Origin: Heterodontus francisci
Taxonomy: Eukaryota
Length of the DNA stretch: 64,000 bases
Direction of reading: 5' to 3'
NCBI RefSeq assembly: GCF_036365525.1
Contig: NW_027140989.1
Coordinates: forward strand, 2,976,001 to 3,040,000
In this document: positions 34,266 through 46,200 of the stretch, one piece after another
How the letters are laid out: each line of letters starts with the position of its first letter
Numbering within the stretch: position 1 is the first letter of the stretch
The notes under the pieces: generated by a model
What the model saw: the letters and a program-made list of their open reading frames with translations, nothing else
Databases searched by the model: none
What the model was told of the DNA's origin: nothing
Program-made: the position numbers and the translations under genes

Positions 34266-36453
34266 GATGGGCAGGGACAGGTATATACCGCAGGGCAAGA
34301 ATTATAGCTGGGGGAAAGGAAATTATGACGCGATTAGGCAAGATTTAGGATGTGTCGGATGGGGAAGGAAACTGCAGGGGATGGGCACAAACGAAATGTG
34401 GAGCTTATTCAAGGAGCAGCTAATGCGTGTCCTTGATAAGTATGTACCTGTCAGGCAGGGAGGAAGTTGTCGAGCAAGGGAGCCGTGGTTTACTCAAGAA
34501 GTTGAAGCGCTTGCCAAGAGGAAGAGGGCGGCTTATGCTAGGATGAGACGTGAAGCCTCAGTTAGGGCGCTTGAGAGTTACAAGCTAGCCAGGAAGGATC
34601 TAAAGGGAGGGCTAAGAAGAGCAAGGAGAGGACACGAGAAGTCATTGGCGGATAGGATCAAAGAAAACCCTAAGGCTTTCTATAGGTATATCAGGAATAA
34701 ACGAATGATAAGAGTTACAACAGGGCCAATCAAGGATAGTAGTGGGAAGTTGTGTGCGGAATCAGAGGAGATAGGGGAAGCGTTAAATGAATATTTTTCG
34801 TCAGTATTTACAGTAGAGAAAGAAAATGTTGCCGAGGAGATTACTGAGATACAGCCTACTAGGCTAGATGGGATTGAGATTCACAAGGAGGAGGTGTTAG
34901 CAATTTTGGAAAGAGTGAAAATAGATAAGTCCCCTGGGCCAGATGGGATTTATCCTAGGATTCTCTGGGAAGCCAGGGAGGAGATTGCAGAGCCGTTGTT
35001 GTTGATCTTTAAGTCGTCATTGTCGACAGGAGTAGTGCCGGAGGACTGGAGGATAGCAAATGTTGTCCCCTTGTTCAAGAAGGGGAGTAGAGACAGCCCT
35101 GGTAATTATAGACCTGTGAGCCTTACTTCGGTTGTGGGTAAAATGTTGGAAAAGGTTATAAGAGACAGGATTTATAATCATCTTGAAAAGAATAAGTTCA
35201 TTTGCGATAGTCAGCACGGTTTTGTGAAAGGTAGGTCGTGCCTCACAAACCTTATTGAGTTTTTCGAGAAGGTGACCAAACAGGTGGATGAGGGTAAAGC
35301 CGTGGATGTGGTGTATATGGATTTCAGTAAGGCGTTTGATAAGGTTCCCCACGGTAGGCTATTGCAGAAAATACGCAAGTATGGGGTTGAAGGTGATTTA
35401 GAGCTTTGGATCAGAAGTTGGCTAGCTGAAAGAAGACAGAGGGTGGTGGTTGATGGCAAATGTTCATCCTGGAGTTTAGTTACTAGTGGTGTACCGCAAG
35501 GTTCTGTTTTGGGGCCACTGCAGTTTGTCATTTTTATAAACGACCTGGATGAGGGTGTAGAAGGGTGGGTTAGTAAATTTGCGGATGACACGAAGGTCGG
35601 TGGAGTTGTGGATAGTGTCGAAGGGTGTTGTAGGGTACAGAGGGACATAGATAGGCTGCAGAGCTGGGCTGAGAGATGGCAAATGGAGTTTAATGCGGAG
35701 AAGTGTGAGGTGATTCACTTTGGAAGGAGTAACAGCAATGCAGAGTACTGGGCTAATGGGAAGATTCTTGGTAGTGTAGATGAGCAGAGAGATCTTGGTA
35801 TCCAGGTACATAAATCCCTGAAAGTTGCTACCCAGGTTAATAGGGCTGTTAAGAAGGCATATGGTGTGTTAGCCTTTATTAGTAGGGGGATCGAGTTTCA
35901 GAGCCACGGGGTCATGATGCAGCTGTACAAAACTCTGGTGAGGCCGCACCTGGAGTATTGCGTGCAGTTCTGGTCACCGCATTATAGGAAGGATGTCGAA
36001 GCTTTGGAAAGGGTGCAGAGGAGATTTACTAGGATGTTGCCTGGTATGGAAGGAAGGTCTTACGAGGAAAGGCTGAGGGACTTGGGGTTGTTTTCGTTAG
36101 AGAGAAGGAGGAGGAGAGGTGACTTAATAGAGACATACAAGATAATCAGAGGGTTAGATAGGGTGGATAGTGAGAGTCTTTTTCCTCGGATGAGGATGGC
36201 AAACACGAGGGGACATAGCTTTAAGTTGAGGGGTGAAAGATATAGGACAGATGTCAGAGGTAGTTTCTTTACGCAGAGAGTAGTAGGGGCGTGGAACGCC
36301 CTGCCTGCAACAGTAGTAGACTCGCCAACTTTAAGGGCATTTAAGTGGTCATTGGATAGACATATGGATGTAAATGGAACAGTGTAGGTCAGATGATCGG
36401 CGCAACATCGAGGGCCGAAGGGCCTGTACTGCGCTGTAATATTCTAATTCTAA
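34266..36453 (+). mobile_element. Young 5'-truncated CR1 LINE
   Basis: Uninterrupted ORF and (AATTCT)n tail; empty site CTCTCC|TTCTTCATCCC seen at 38531-38547 and about 40613-40629. Confidence 0.96.
34267..36387 (+). CDS. CR1 ORF2 fragment (linker, RT and C-terminus), open frame of 706 aa
   Basis: NPKAFY, KSPGPDG, QHGF, KAFDKVPH, GVPQGSVLGP, FADD; endonuclease domain missing. Confidence 0.9.
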   Translation: MGRDRYIPQGKNYSWGKGNYDAIRQDLGCVGWGRKLQGMGTNEMWSLFKEQLMRVLDKYVPVRQGGSCRAREPWFTQEVEALAKRKRAAYARMRREASVRALESYKLARKDLKGGLRRARRGHEKSLADRIKENPKAFYRYIRNKRMIRVTTGPIKDSSGKLCAESEEIGEALNEYFSSVFTVEKENVAEEITEIQPTRLDGIEIHKEEVLAILERVKIDKSPGPDGIYPRILWEAREEIAEPLLLIFKSSLSTGVVPEDWRIANVVPLFKKGSRDSPGNYRPVSLTSVVGKMLEKVIRDRIYNHLEKNKFICDSQHGFVKGRSCLTNLIEFFEKVTKQVDEGKAVDVVYMDFSKAFDKVPHGRLLQKIRKYGVEGDLELWIRSWLAERRQRVVVDGKCSSWSLVTSGVPQGSVLGPLQFVIFINDLDEGVEGWVSKFADDTKVGGVVDSVEGCCRVQRDIDRLQSWAERWQMEFNAEKCEVIHFGRSNSNAEYWANGKILGSVDEQRDLGIQVHKSLKVATQVNRAVKKAYGVLAFISRGIEFQSHGVMMQLYKTLVRPHLEYCVQFWSPHYRKDVEALERVQRRFTRMLPGMEGRSYEERLRDLGLFSLERRRRRGDLIETYKIIRGLDRVDSESLFPRMRMANTRGHSFKLRGERYRTDVRGSFFTQRVVGAWNALPATVVDSPTLRAFKWSLDRHMDVNGTV

Positions 36454-37778
36454 TTCTTCATCCCTTGCTGTGTTTTCTTGACTGTATTCTATCTTCTCCT
36501 TTTAAGTACCAACGATCTTCTGTTGACCCCTGTCTAAGTGTGATGACGATGTCCTGTAATACCCTTTCTTTTATCCTTTTTGTGGTGCAAGGATGTTACC
36601 ATATTAGTTTTGAATTGTTCTAAGTGTCCTAATTGGTCCAGGTTGACATCATTGTTTGAGACTAGTTAGTTAATAGTTGAATCTACACACATTACAGATG
36701 CTTCCCGATTCTTTCTATTTTAGTAAAGATCCTAAAGGTTACATTCTTGATGATCCCGGACATTTTTTCTTTAATTCTGCCTTTATCTCTTCTCTCTCCC
36801 TGCAAGGAGTGCTGGTGTCTCTCCCATTATTCTCACACAAAGGTTTAAACAAAGTATAGCCTTGAAAACAAATTTCATAATAAAGCAAGCAACAGATCAA
36901 ACAGACTTCAATACATTGATGTACAAAGCACATCATTAATCCTATTATTTTAGTTGTTCTTATTTGTCACAAACGTAAAATATATCACGGTCCATCGCCC
37001 CCACATTGTGGATCCCCCTCCAGCTACATGACCTGCCTTTTTTTTCCTCTGGCTACGTGCATCTTCCACACTGACACCACTCTCAACATGACATTTTGAC
37101 GTAGTTCAGTGAAGATGACCGTCATGCTTTACAATCCAACCTTGACATTGCAGTTCTTGCATAAATGTAAGCTATGAAAATGCTCTAAACTTTACACAGC
37201 GGTGAGCAGTGTTCAGGTGACACAGAAAATCTGGTGCGTTGGGCAGAGACAATCAGTTGATCTATCAAAGTCTCTTGATGTTATGCTCCTATCTATACTC
37301 CTTACAACACAACAATTCTTTTGTTATTGAAAAGCTTGGATAGATGGCTCTGGATTGTGTTATCTAAGTAAGTGGTAGTTCTCCTTACAGCAATGTGGAT
37401 TGAGGGGAAATTTGATACAGGTGTAGGTAAGTTAGACAAGGAGAACCTGTTCCCATTAGTTGATGGTACAAGGACTAGGAGACACAGATTGATGGTTTTG
37501 GGAAAGAGATGCAGGGAAATGTGAGGAAGCACTTTTTGTTACACCTGCTGCAACTGTCTGTCCACAAGTATGGTGGAAGCAGAGACAATCAATGATTTCA
37601 ATAGGAAATTGGAGAAACACTTGAAGGAAGCAAACTTGCTCCAGGGCGACGCTGATCAAGCAGGAGAATGAATCTGATTGGATGATGAGAATATTTTAAC
37701 AACGACAATTCTGTCAAGGCTTTGAAACTTTTTCGTTTGTAAAATACTGCAACATAAAGTAAACCAGCAACTTAAGAT

Positions 37779-37850
37779 TGCGTTGGCCGGGAATCAAACC
37801 CAGGCCAACTGCTTGGAAGTCAGCTATGCTCACCACTATGCCACTATCGC
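37779..37850 (-). tRNA. tRNA-Gly(TCC), probable pseudogene
   Basis: GCGATAGTGGCATAGTGGTGAGCATAGCTGACTTCCAAGCAGTTGGCCTGGGTTTGATTCCCGGCCAACGCA; about 7 changes from vertebrate tRNA-Gly-TCC as recalled, affecting the acceptor stem, anticodon stem and B box. Confidence 0.88.
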
Positions 37851-37934
37851 TTACTGCAGTGAGCCTCTCCGGCGTTTTGATTAATAGAATGCTGGACAAT
37901 GATTTCAACTTGTCGCTGAGCAATCCGTTCATGT

Positions 37935-38134
37935 TAATAAAAACACAATACTGTGAATGCTGGAAATCTGAAATAAAAACAGACAGTGCTGCAAATATTC
38001 TGATCAAAGGTCACTCACCTGAAACGTTAACTCTGCTTCTCTCCACACAGATGCTGCCAGACCTGCTCGGATTTTCCAGCATGTCTTCTCTTTATTTCAG
38101 ATTTCCAGCATTCGCAGCATTTTGCGTTTATTTT
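37935..38134. mobile_element. Head-to-head inverted Penelope-like termini (repeated at 40018-40217)
   Basis: 37935-37997 is approximately the reverse complement of 38075-38134; CTGATCAAAGGTCACTCACCTGAAACGTTAAC lies between. Confidence 0.6.
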
Positions 38135-39861
38135 AGAGTTTCGTAGTGAACTGATCCTTTTTGCTTACTGGGCAGAACTATGCAGTGAGGTGACACAGAA
38201 AACTGTACGGAGAACAATGTTTTTAACGGGCCCACAATTTCGAAGTTTGAGGAGGACAAAATACATAGCAATGTATGCATATAGTAAAGAGCTTTAAGTT
38301 TCAGGTAGATGTTACCTGAACAGAGGTGAGACAGAGAATACCCAACCCGTCTCACCTTTAGATTCCTGACCAAGATAGACCTACAAGGTACAAACTCAAG
38401 TTATGTGACCAAGTCAGAGAGTTTATTAGGCTTAACTAAGATGTACAAAGTTAATACTTAACAATGGTAATAGATATGCAGCAACACACAACACCCGTTC
38501 TTGTTTCTGTGCTTGCTGCGGCACGGACTTCTCTCCTTCTTCATCCCTTGCTGGGTTTTCTTGACTGTATTCTATCTTCTCCTTTTACGTACCAACGATC
38601 TTCTGTTGACCCCTGTCTAAGTGTGATGACGATGTCCAGTAACACCCTTTCTTTTATCCTTTTTGTGGTGCAAGGATGTTACCATATTAGTTTTGAATTG
38701 TTCTAAGTGTCCTAATTGGTCCAGGTTGACATCATTGTTTGACACTAGTTAGTTAATAGTTGAATCTACACACATTACAGATGCTTCCCGATTTTTTCTA
38801 TTTTAGCAAAGATCCTAAAGTTTACATTCTTGCTGATCCCAGACATTTTTTTCTTTAATTCTGCCTTTATCTCTTCTCTCTCCCTGCAAGGAGTGCTGGT
38901 GTCTCTCCCATTGTTCTCACACAAAGGTTTAAACAAATTATAGCCTTGAAAACAAATTTCATAATAAAGCAAGCAACAGATCAAACAGACTTCAATATAT
39001 TGATGTACAAAGCATATCAATAATCCTATTATTTTAGTTGTTCTTATTTGTCACAAACGTAAAATATGTCACGGTCCATCGCCCCCACATTGTGGATCCC
39101 CCTCCAGCTACATGACTTGCCTTTTTTTCCTATGGCTACGTGCATCTTCCACACTGACACCACTCTCAACATGACATTTTGACGTAGTTCAGTGAAGATG
39201 ACCGTCATGCTTTACAATCCAACCTTGACATTGCAGTTCTTGCATAAATGTAAGCCATGAAAATACTCTAAACTTTACACAGCGGTGAGCAGTGTTCAGG
39301 TGACACAGAAAATCTGGTGCGTTGGGCAGAGACAATCAGTTGATCTATCAAAGTCTCTTGATGTTATGCTCCTATCTATACTACTTACAACACAACAATT
39401 CTTTTGTCATTGAAAAGCTTGGATAGATGGCTCTGGATTGTGTTATCTAAGTAAGTGGTAGTTCTCCTTACAGCAATGTGGATTGAGGGGAAATTTGATA
39501 CAGGTGTAGGTAAGTTAGACAAGGAGAACCTGTTCCCATTAGTTGATGGTACAAGGACTAGGAGACACAGATTGATGGTTTTGGGAAAGAGATGCAGGGA
39601 AATGTGAGGAAGCACTTTTTGTTACACCTGCTGCAACTGTCTGTCCACAAGTGTGGTGGAAGCAGAGACAATCAATGATTTCAATAGGAAATTGGAGAAA
39701 CACTTGAAGGAAGCAAACTTGCTCCAGGGCGACGCTGATCAAGTAGGAGAATGAATCTGATTGGATGATGAGAATATTTTAACAACGACAATTCTGTCAA
39801 GGCTTTGAAACTTTTTCGTTTGTAAAATACTGCAACATAAAGTAAACCAGCAACTTAAGAT

Positions 39862-39933
39862 TGCGTTGGCCGGGAATCAAACCCGGGCCAACTGCTTGGA
39901 AGTCAGCTATGCTCACCACTATGCCACTATCGC
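39862..39933 (-). tRNA. tRNA-Gly(TCC), probable pseudogene, second copy
   Basis: Same as 37779-37850 at +2083, sharing most lesions. Confidence 0.88.
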
Positions 39934-41947
39934 TTGCTGCAGTGCGCCACTCCGGCGTTTTGATTAATAGAATGCTGTGCAATGATTTCAACTTGGAGCT
40001 GAGCAATCCGTTCATGTTAATAAAAACACAATACTGTGAATGCTGGAAATCTGAAATAAAAACAGACAGTGCTGCAAATATTATGATCAAAGGTCACTCA
40101 CCTGAAACGTTAACTCTGCTTCTCTCCACACAGATGCTGCCAGACCTGCTGGGTATTTCCAGCATTTCTTCTTTTTATTTCAGATTTCCAGCATTCGCAG
40201 CATTTTGCTTTTATTTTAGAGTTTCGTAGTGAACTGATCCTTTTTGCTTACTGGGCAGAACTATGCAGTGAGGTGACACAGAAAACTGTACGGAGAACAA
40301 TGTTTTTAACGGGCCCACAATTTCGAAGTTTGAGGAGGACAAATTACATAGCAATGTATGCATATAGTAAAGAGCTTTAAGTTTCAGGTAGATGTTACCT
40401 GAACAGAGGTGAGACAGAGAATACCCAACCCGTCTCACCTTTAGATTCCTGACCAAGATAGACCTACAAGGTACAAACTCAAGTTATGTGACCAACTCAG
40501 AGAGTTTATTAGGCTTAACTAAGATGTACAAAGTTAATACTTAACAATGGTAATAGATATGCAGCAACACACAACACCCGTTCTTGTTTCTGTGCTTGCT
40601 GCGGCACGGACTTCTCTCCTTCTTCATCCCTTGCTGTGTTTTCTTGACTGTATTCTATCTTCTCCTTTTAAGTACCAACGATCTTCTGTTGACCCCTGTC
40701 TAAGTGTGATGACGATGTCCTGCAACACCCTTTCTTTTATCCTTTTTGTGGTGCAAGAATGTTACCATATTAGTTTTGAATTGTTCTAAGTGTCCTAATT
40801 GGTCCAGGTTGACATCATTGTTTGAGACTAGTTAGTTAATAGTTGAATCTACACACATTACAGATGCTTCCAGATTCTTTCTATTTTAGCAAAGATCCTA
40901 AGGGTTACATTCTTGCTGATCCCAGACATTTTTTTCTTTAATTCTGCCTTTATCTCTTCTCTCTCCCTGCAAGGAGTGCTGGTGTCTCTCCCATTGTTCT
41001 CACACAAAGGTTTAAACAAAGTATAGCCTTGAAAACAAATTTCATAATAAAGCAAGCAACAGATCAAACAAACTTCAATCTATTGATGTACAAAGCACAT
41101 CATTAATCCTATTATTTTCGTTGTTCTTATTTGTCACAAACGTAAAATATGTCATGGTCCATCGCCCCCACATTGTGGATCCCCCTCCAGCTACATGACT
41201 TGCCCTTTTTTTCCTATGGCTACGTGCATCTTCCACACTGACACCACTCTCAACATGACCTTTTGACGTAGTTCAGTGAAGATGACCGTCATGCTTTACA
41301 ATCCAACCTTGACATTGTAGTTCTTGCATAAATGTAAGCCATGAAAATACTCTAAACTTTACACAGCGGTGAGCAGTGTTCAGGTGATACAGAAAATCTG
41401 GTGCGTTGGGCAGAGACAATCAGTTGATCTATCAAAGTCTCTTGATGTTATGCTCCTGTCTATACTACTTACAGCACAACTATTCTTTTGTTATTGAAAA
41501 GCTTGGATAGATGGCTCTGGATTGTGTTATCTAAGTAAGTGGTTGTTCTCCTTACAGCAATGTGGATTGAGGGGAAATTTGATGCAGGTGTAGGTAAGTT
41601 AGAGAAGGAGAACCTGTTCCCATTAGTTGATGGTACAAGGACTAGGAGACACAGATTGATGGTTTTGGGAAAGAGATGCAGGGAAATGTGAGGAAGCACT
41701 TTTTGTTATACCTGCTGCAACTGTCTGTCCACAAGTGTGGTGGAAGCAGTGAAAATCAATGATTTCAATAGGAAATTGGAGAAACACTTGAATGAAACAA
41801 ACTTGCTGCAGGGCGACGCCGATCAAGCAGGAGAATGAAGCTGATTGGATGATGAGAATATTTTATCAACTTCTATTCTGTAATGGCTTTGACATTTTTT
41901 TCCTTTGTAAAACATTGCAACATAAATTTGACCTGCGATTGGACATT

Positions 41948-42056
41948 GCGGTGACCAAGCACAACAGCTCCTTGCAGATCTCCACAATGTACCAAAATAA
42001 AGCACCAAGCACATCGGCTCTTTTAAGATCCACTGACAGCCTCTCTGAAAGAATCG
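41948..42056 (+). pseudogene. H2B: Histone H2B 3'-end remnant
   Basis: GCG GTG ACC AAG CAC AAC AGC TCC = AVTKHNSS (H2B ends AVTKYTSSK), then GGCTCTTTTAAGATCC stem-loop at 42016-42031 and purine-rich GAAAGAA. Confidence 0.65.
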
Positions 42057-42194
42057 ATTTACTGCAGTTATTTGAATACCAACAGCTGAAGGTAACTTCG
42101 AGATCTCCGACAGGAACGTTCATGGATCGGTTCGATCATTACGTCATTTGTTAATTCCCTGCCTTAAAATAACTACCGGCCAACGATCTGTTAT

Positions 42195-43355
42195 GTATCT
42201 GTCAGTTCCTGGTATGTGAATGTTGATTTTACTCTGCACCTGTCAGTTCCTGGTATGTAACTGTTGATTTTACTCTGCACCTGTCAATTCCTGGTCTGTG
42301 AATGTTGCTTATGCTCTGCACCTGTCAGTTACTGGTATGTGAATGTTGGTTTTACTCTGTACCTGTCACTTCCTGGTATGTGAATGTTGATTCTACTCTG
42401 CACCTGTCAGTTCCTGGTATGTGAATGTTGGTTTTACTCCTTAACTGTCAATTCCTGGTATGTGAATGTTGATTTTACTCTGTACCTGTCAGTTCCTGGT
42501 GTGTGAATGCTGACTTTACTCTGCACCTGTCAGTTCCTGGTATGTGAATGTTGGTTTTACTCTGTACCTGTCAATTCCTGGTATGTGAATGTTGATTTTA
42601 CTCTGCACCTGTCAGTTCCTTGTATGTGAATGTTGATTTTACGCTGCACCTGTCAGTTCCTGGTATGTGAATGTTGATTTTACTCTGTACCTGTCAGTTC
42701 CTGGTTTGTGAATGTTGATTTTACTCTGTCCCTGTCAGTTACTGGTATGTGAATGTTGATGTTACTCTGTACCTGTCAATTCCTGGTATGTGAATGTTGA
42801 TTTTACTCTGCACCTGTCAGTTCCTGGTATGTGAATGTTGGTTTTACTCTGTAACTGTCAATTCCTGGTATGTGAATGTTGATTTTACTCTGTACCTGTC
42901 AGTTCCTGGTGTGTGAATGCTGACTTTACTCTGCACCTGTCAGTTCCTGGTATGTGAATGTTGGTTTTACTCTGTACCTGTCAATTCCTGGTATGTGAAT
43001 GTTGATTTTACTCTGCACCTGTCAGTTCCTGGTATGTGAATGTTGATTTTACTCTGCACCTGTCAGTTCCTGGTATGTGAATGTTGATTTTACTCTGTAC
43101 CTGTCAGTTCCTGGTATGTGAATGTTGATTTTACTCTGTTCCTGTCAGTTCCTGGTATGTGAATGTTGATGTTACTCTGCACCTGTCAATTCCTGGTATG
43201 TGAATGTTGATTTTGCTCTGTACCTGTCAGTTCCTGGTATGTGAATGTTGATTTTACTCTGTACCTGTCAGTTTCTGGTGTATGAACGTTGATTTTACTC
43301 TATATCTGTCAGTTCCTGGTTTGTGAAGGTTGATTTTACTCTGTATCTGTCAGTT
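42195..43355. repeat. 41-bp tandem array, about 28 copies
   Basis: CTGTCAGTTCCTGGTATGTGAATGTTGATTTTACTCTG(C/T)AC, period 41 (43021 to 43062). Confidence 0.96.
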
Positions 43356-43845
43356 TGTGCAATGAGAGGGGCCAATAGAAGATCGTTAGCGCTTAGAAGG
43401 AGAAGGTAGAACACAGTCAAGAAAACACAGCAAAGGAAGAAGAAGGAGAGAAGTCCGTGCCGCAGCAAGCACAGAAACAAGAATGGGTGTTGTGTTTTAC
43501 TGAATATCTATTGCCTTGTTAAGTATTAACTTTGTGCATCTTAGTTAAACCTAATGAACTCTCTGACTTGGTCACATAACTTGAGTTTGTACCTTGTAGG
43601 TCTATCTTGGTCAGGAATCTAAAGGTGCGATGGCTTGGGTATTCTCTGTCTCACCTCTGTTCAGGTGACATCTACCTGAAACTTACAGCTCTTTCCCATT
43701 TGCATGCATTGCTATGTATTTTGTCCTCCTCAAACGTCGACATTGTGCGCCCGATAAAAACATTGTTCTTCGTACAGTTTTCTGCGTCACTCCACTGCAT
43801 AGTTCTGCCCAGTAAGCAAAAAGTATCAGTTCACGACTAAACTCT

Positions 43846-44085
43846 AAAATAAAAGCAAAATACTGCGGATGCTGGAAATCTGAAATAAAAACAAGAAATG
43901 CTGGAAATACTCAGCAGGTCTGGCAGCATCTGTGGAGAGAGAAGCAGAGTTAACATTTCAGGTCGGTGACCTTACTTCAGAACGAGCAAATATTAGAATT
44001 GTAAAAGGTTATAAGCAAGTAAAGTGGGGGTGGGGGAAGAGATAACAAAAGAGAAGGTGTAAATAGGACACGGTCACAGAATAGC
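43846..44085 (-). mobile_element. Penelope-like terminal repeat fragment, orthologous to 33625-33864
   Basis: Reverse complement of the 33.7-kb copy at the same insertion site. Confidence 0.6.
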
Positions 44086-45439
44086 CTCCTATCCTTTAAC
44101 CAACTATCATCTCAGGATACCAGTGTCAATTTTAACATGCATTTCTATTCTCCATGTAAGTCTGTTATTCACTACTTGATTGAATGCCTTTGGAAGAGCA
44201 TATATCCAAGAATTACTGTACTACCTTCAGTAACTTCAACCACAAGAATTCAATGATGTTAGTCGCACATGATTTGTCCTGAACAAATCCGTCCTGGTTG
44301 TCCTTTATTAAGTCACCACTGTTGTCAAAAATAATGGTCTTTGTTACCAGATATTTCCTTCTCCTTTCCAGAACAGGAGTGTAATCCATCAGTCACCTGG
44401 CACACCTTCCATATTCAAAGATTTTGCTCAGAGCTTCTGGTATCTCACTCAGTAATATGGGATACTTCCTTTCTGGACTTATTAACTTAAAGAGATGTCA
44501 ACCTATCCAGAACTTTTTCATCCTATCCAATAACTCTGCACCCCTCTTCTCCCGTGATATTAACTTAACCCTTTTCTTTTGTGAACATACATATAACACA
44601 CCATTTCATTACCTTTTCCTTCACATAAGCGTTTCTTTCTTTATCCATAAACAAAGCCCAATTTTTTGCACTGTCATTTGAATTTTTGTTTCTTGATAAA
44701 TGGTTATTGATTTGCTTTTTGTTTCCCCATTAATATTTTCTCATACTGTCTCTTATAACCTTGTTTCCCTTCCCAACTGCACTCTCACTATTCCGCCCGT
44801 TTGGAATCATGGTGATCGGGTGGATATTGGATATTTTGTACAATTCACTGCCATTATTATTTCAATGATTGGCGCTGCAAACAACCTTTGAATTATCTTG
44901 ATCAAAAGCAAATTAATGGTACTGTGTGTGACAGTGAGACTGGAAGATGGTCGGAATAAAGCGGAGGAAGGGGTGAGGGGGCGGCTCCTAAACTGGCCAA
45001 ACGGATCTCGTAGAAGTGTCAAAGTGAATCCGAGTGTTTGAGGGATGAAAGTTATAGTCTCTGCTTAATGTCATCAGAATGAATCTCTTAGTGACTGAAA
45101 ATATATCTGAATGGCCTTGTCCTGCGAATCTGCAGAGAGTCCAACAGGTAAATGTGGTTCAGTGAGAAATATAGTATTTGTTTACAATCTGGCCCTGCTT
45201 TGAGTTTGGAAATAATAGAGAGGTTGTCTCTGGCACAAAATGTCAGCGAGAGAGTAGTTTACATTTTTCTATCTTGAATAAGTCTTTACCCAAATAGGAC
45301 AGGATCTCTGTCAATGTGTTTCATTATATAAACGTCACAGGCCACTTCCCCTCCCTATTCTATCTCCCTGCTCTCGATCTCCTCCCTATCCAGTTCATTA
45401 TTAATGCTGATCATTATATTGGCATATTTATTCTCTTTC

Positions 45440-45780
45440 ATCTCAGACAGTCCCTCGGGATCAAGGATGACTTTTTTCCACTCCAGTTTGATGTGTTCTG
45501 AAATGGCTGATAAGTCCAATGCATGATCTGCAGACTCTGTCTCATCAGGGACAGGTGGTGCTGGAAGGGTCAGGTAAATGACTGCTTTGGCGGTGTGGGT
45601 GCTGCCTTCGCTGCGTCGAGTTCGCATTTGCATGCTCCTGACAAATATCCCTGAAGAGTACAATGTCTTCCCAAATGAGGGATGATTTGAGGACATCTTG
45701 ATGTGTTTCCACTGTCCACCTGGGGTTCTCCTACCACGACCAAGTTCTGAGTAGAGCAGCTGCTTCGGGATATTGGATTT
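45440..45780 (-). mobile_element. RTE-clade LINE 3' fragment
   Basis: Minus strand 45690-45775 encodes IPKQLLYSELGRGRRTPGGQWKH, resembling the RTE C-terminal PKxLLYxEL..G.R..GG motif. Confidence 0.6.
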
Positions 45781-46200
45781 ACAGGTTCTTGGAGAGTCGC
45801 CTATTCATGGTAAGTGAAAGACTAACACTGACTGTCTCAACACATGTCAGTTGTTGTCTGCGAGTGTGAGGCACTGGAATACTTTCCCTTACAGAATGTC
45901 CCAGATAAAGTAAGGAAAGATGGAGTGGACAAGCCTCTGTCATTCTCCATACTGAATTATAGTGAGTTGGATGTTTAGTCAGTCCAAAACTGTTCTTGTT
46001 GGGTGAGTAGGCAACGGAATCGAGATCAGTTCCCGTCCCTGTGTGACTGTCACTCAAACTGCCCTGTGTGTGCAGGATTAACCCTGAGTCCCTCTATCGA
46101 GCTCTGTCTGCTATATCTGGAAAAATGCTGAACCTTTCACTTGTTGGTCTGCTCAAACTGAGTTCAAGGCCTGAGTAGTGAACAGAATGTCTCCTTAATT

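Larger units (their letters stand above)
36454..41890 (+). repeat. 2083-bp tandem segmental repeat (2.6 copies, plus related 33725-34265 upstream of the CR1)
   Basis: Matching sequence and ORFs at offset 2083 (37302/39385, 37778/39861, 38464/40547); third copy breaks off near 41890. Confidence 0.95.

Noticed and set aside
34267-36387. Reverse transcriptase as a retron, DGR or other novel RT system next to repeats
   Set aside because: Motifs, 3' tails and 5' truncation are those of ordinary CR1 LINEs, and empty sites show simple insertion
37302-41826. ORFs conserved in two or three copies
   Set aside because: Conservation reflects the recent 2083-bp duplication; contents are decayed CR1, tRNA and repeat sequence
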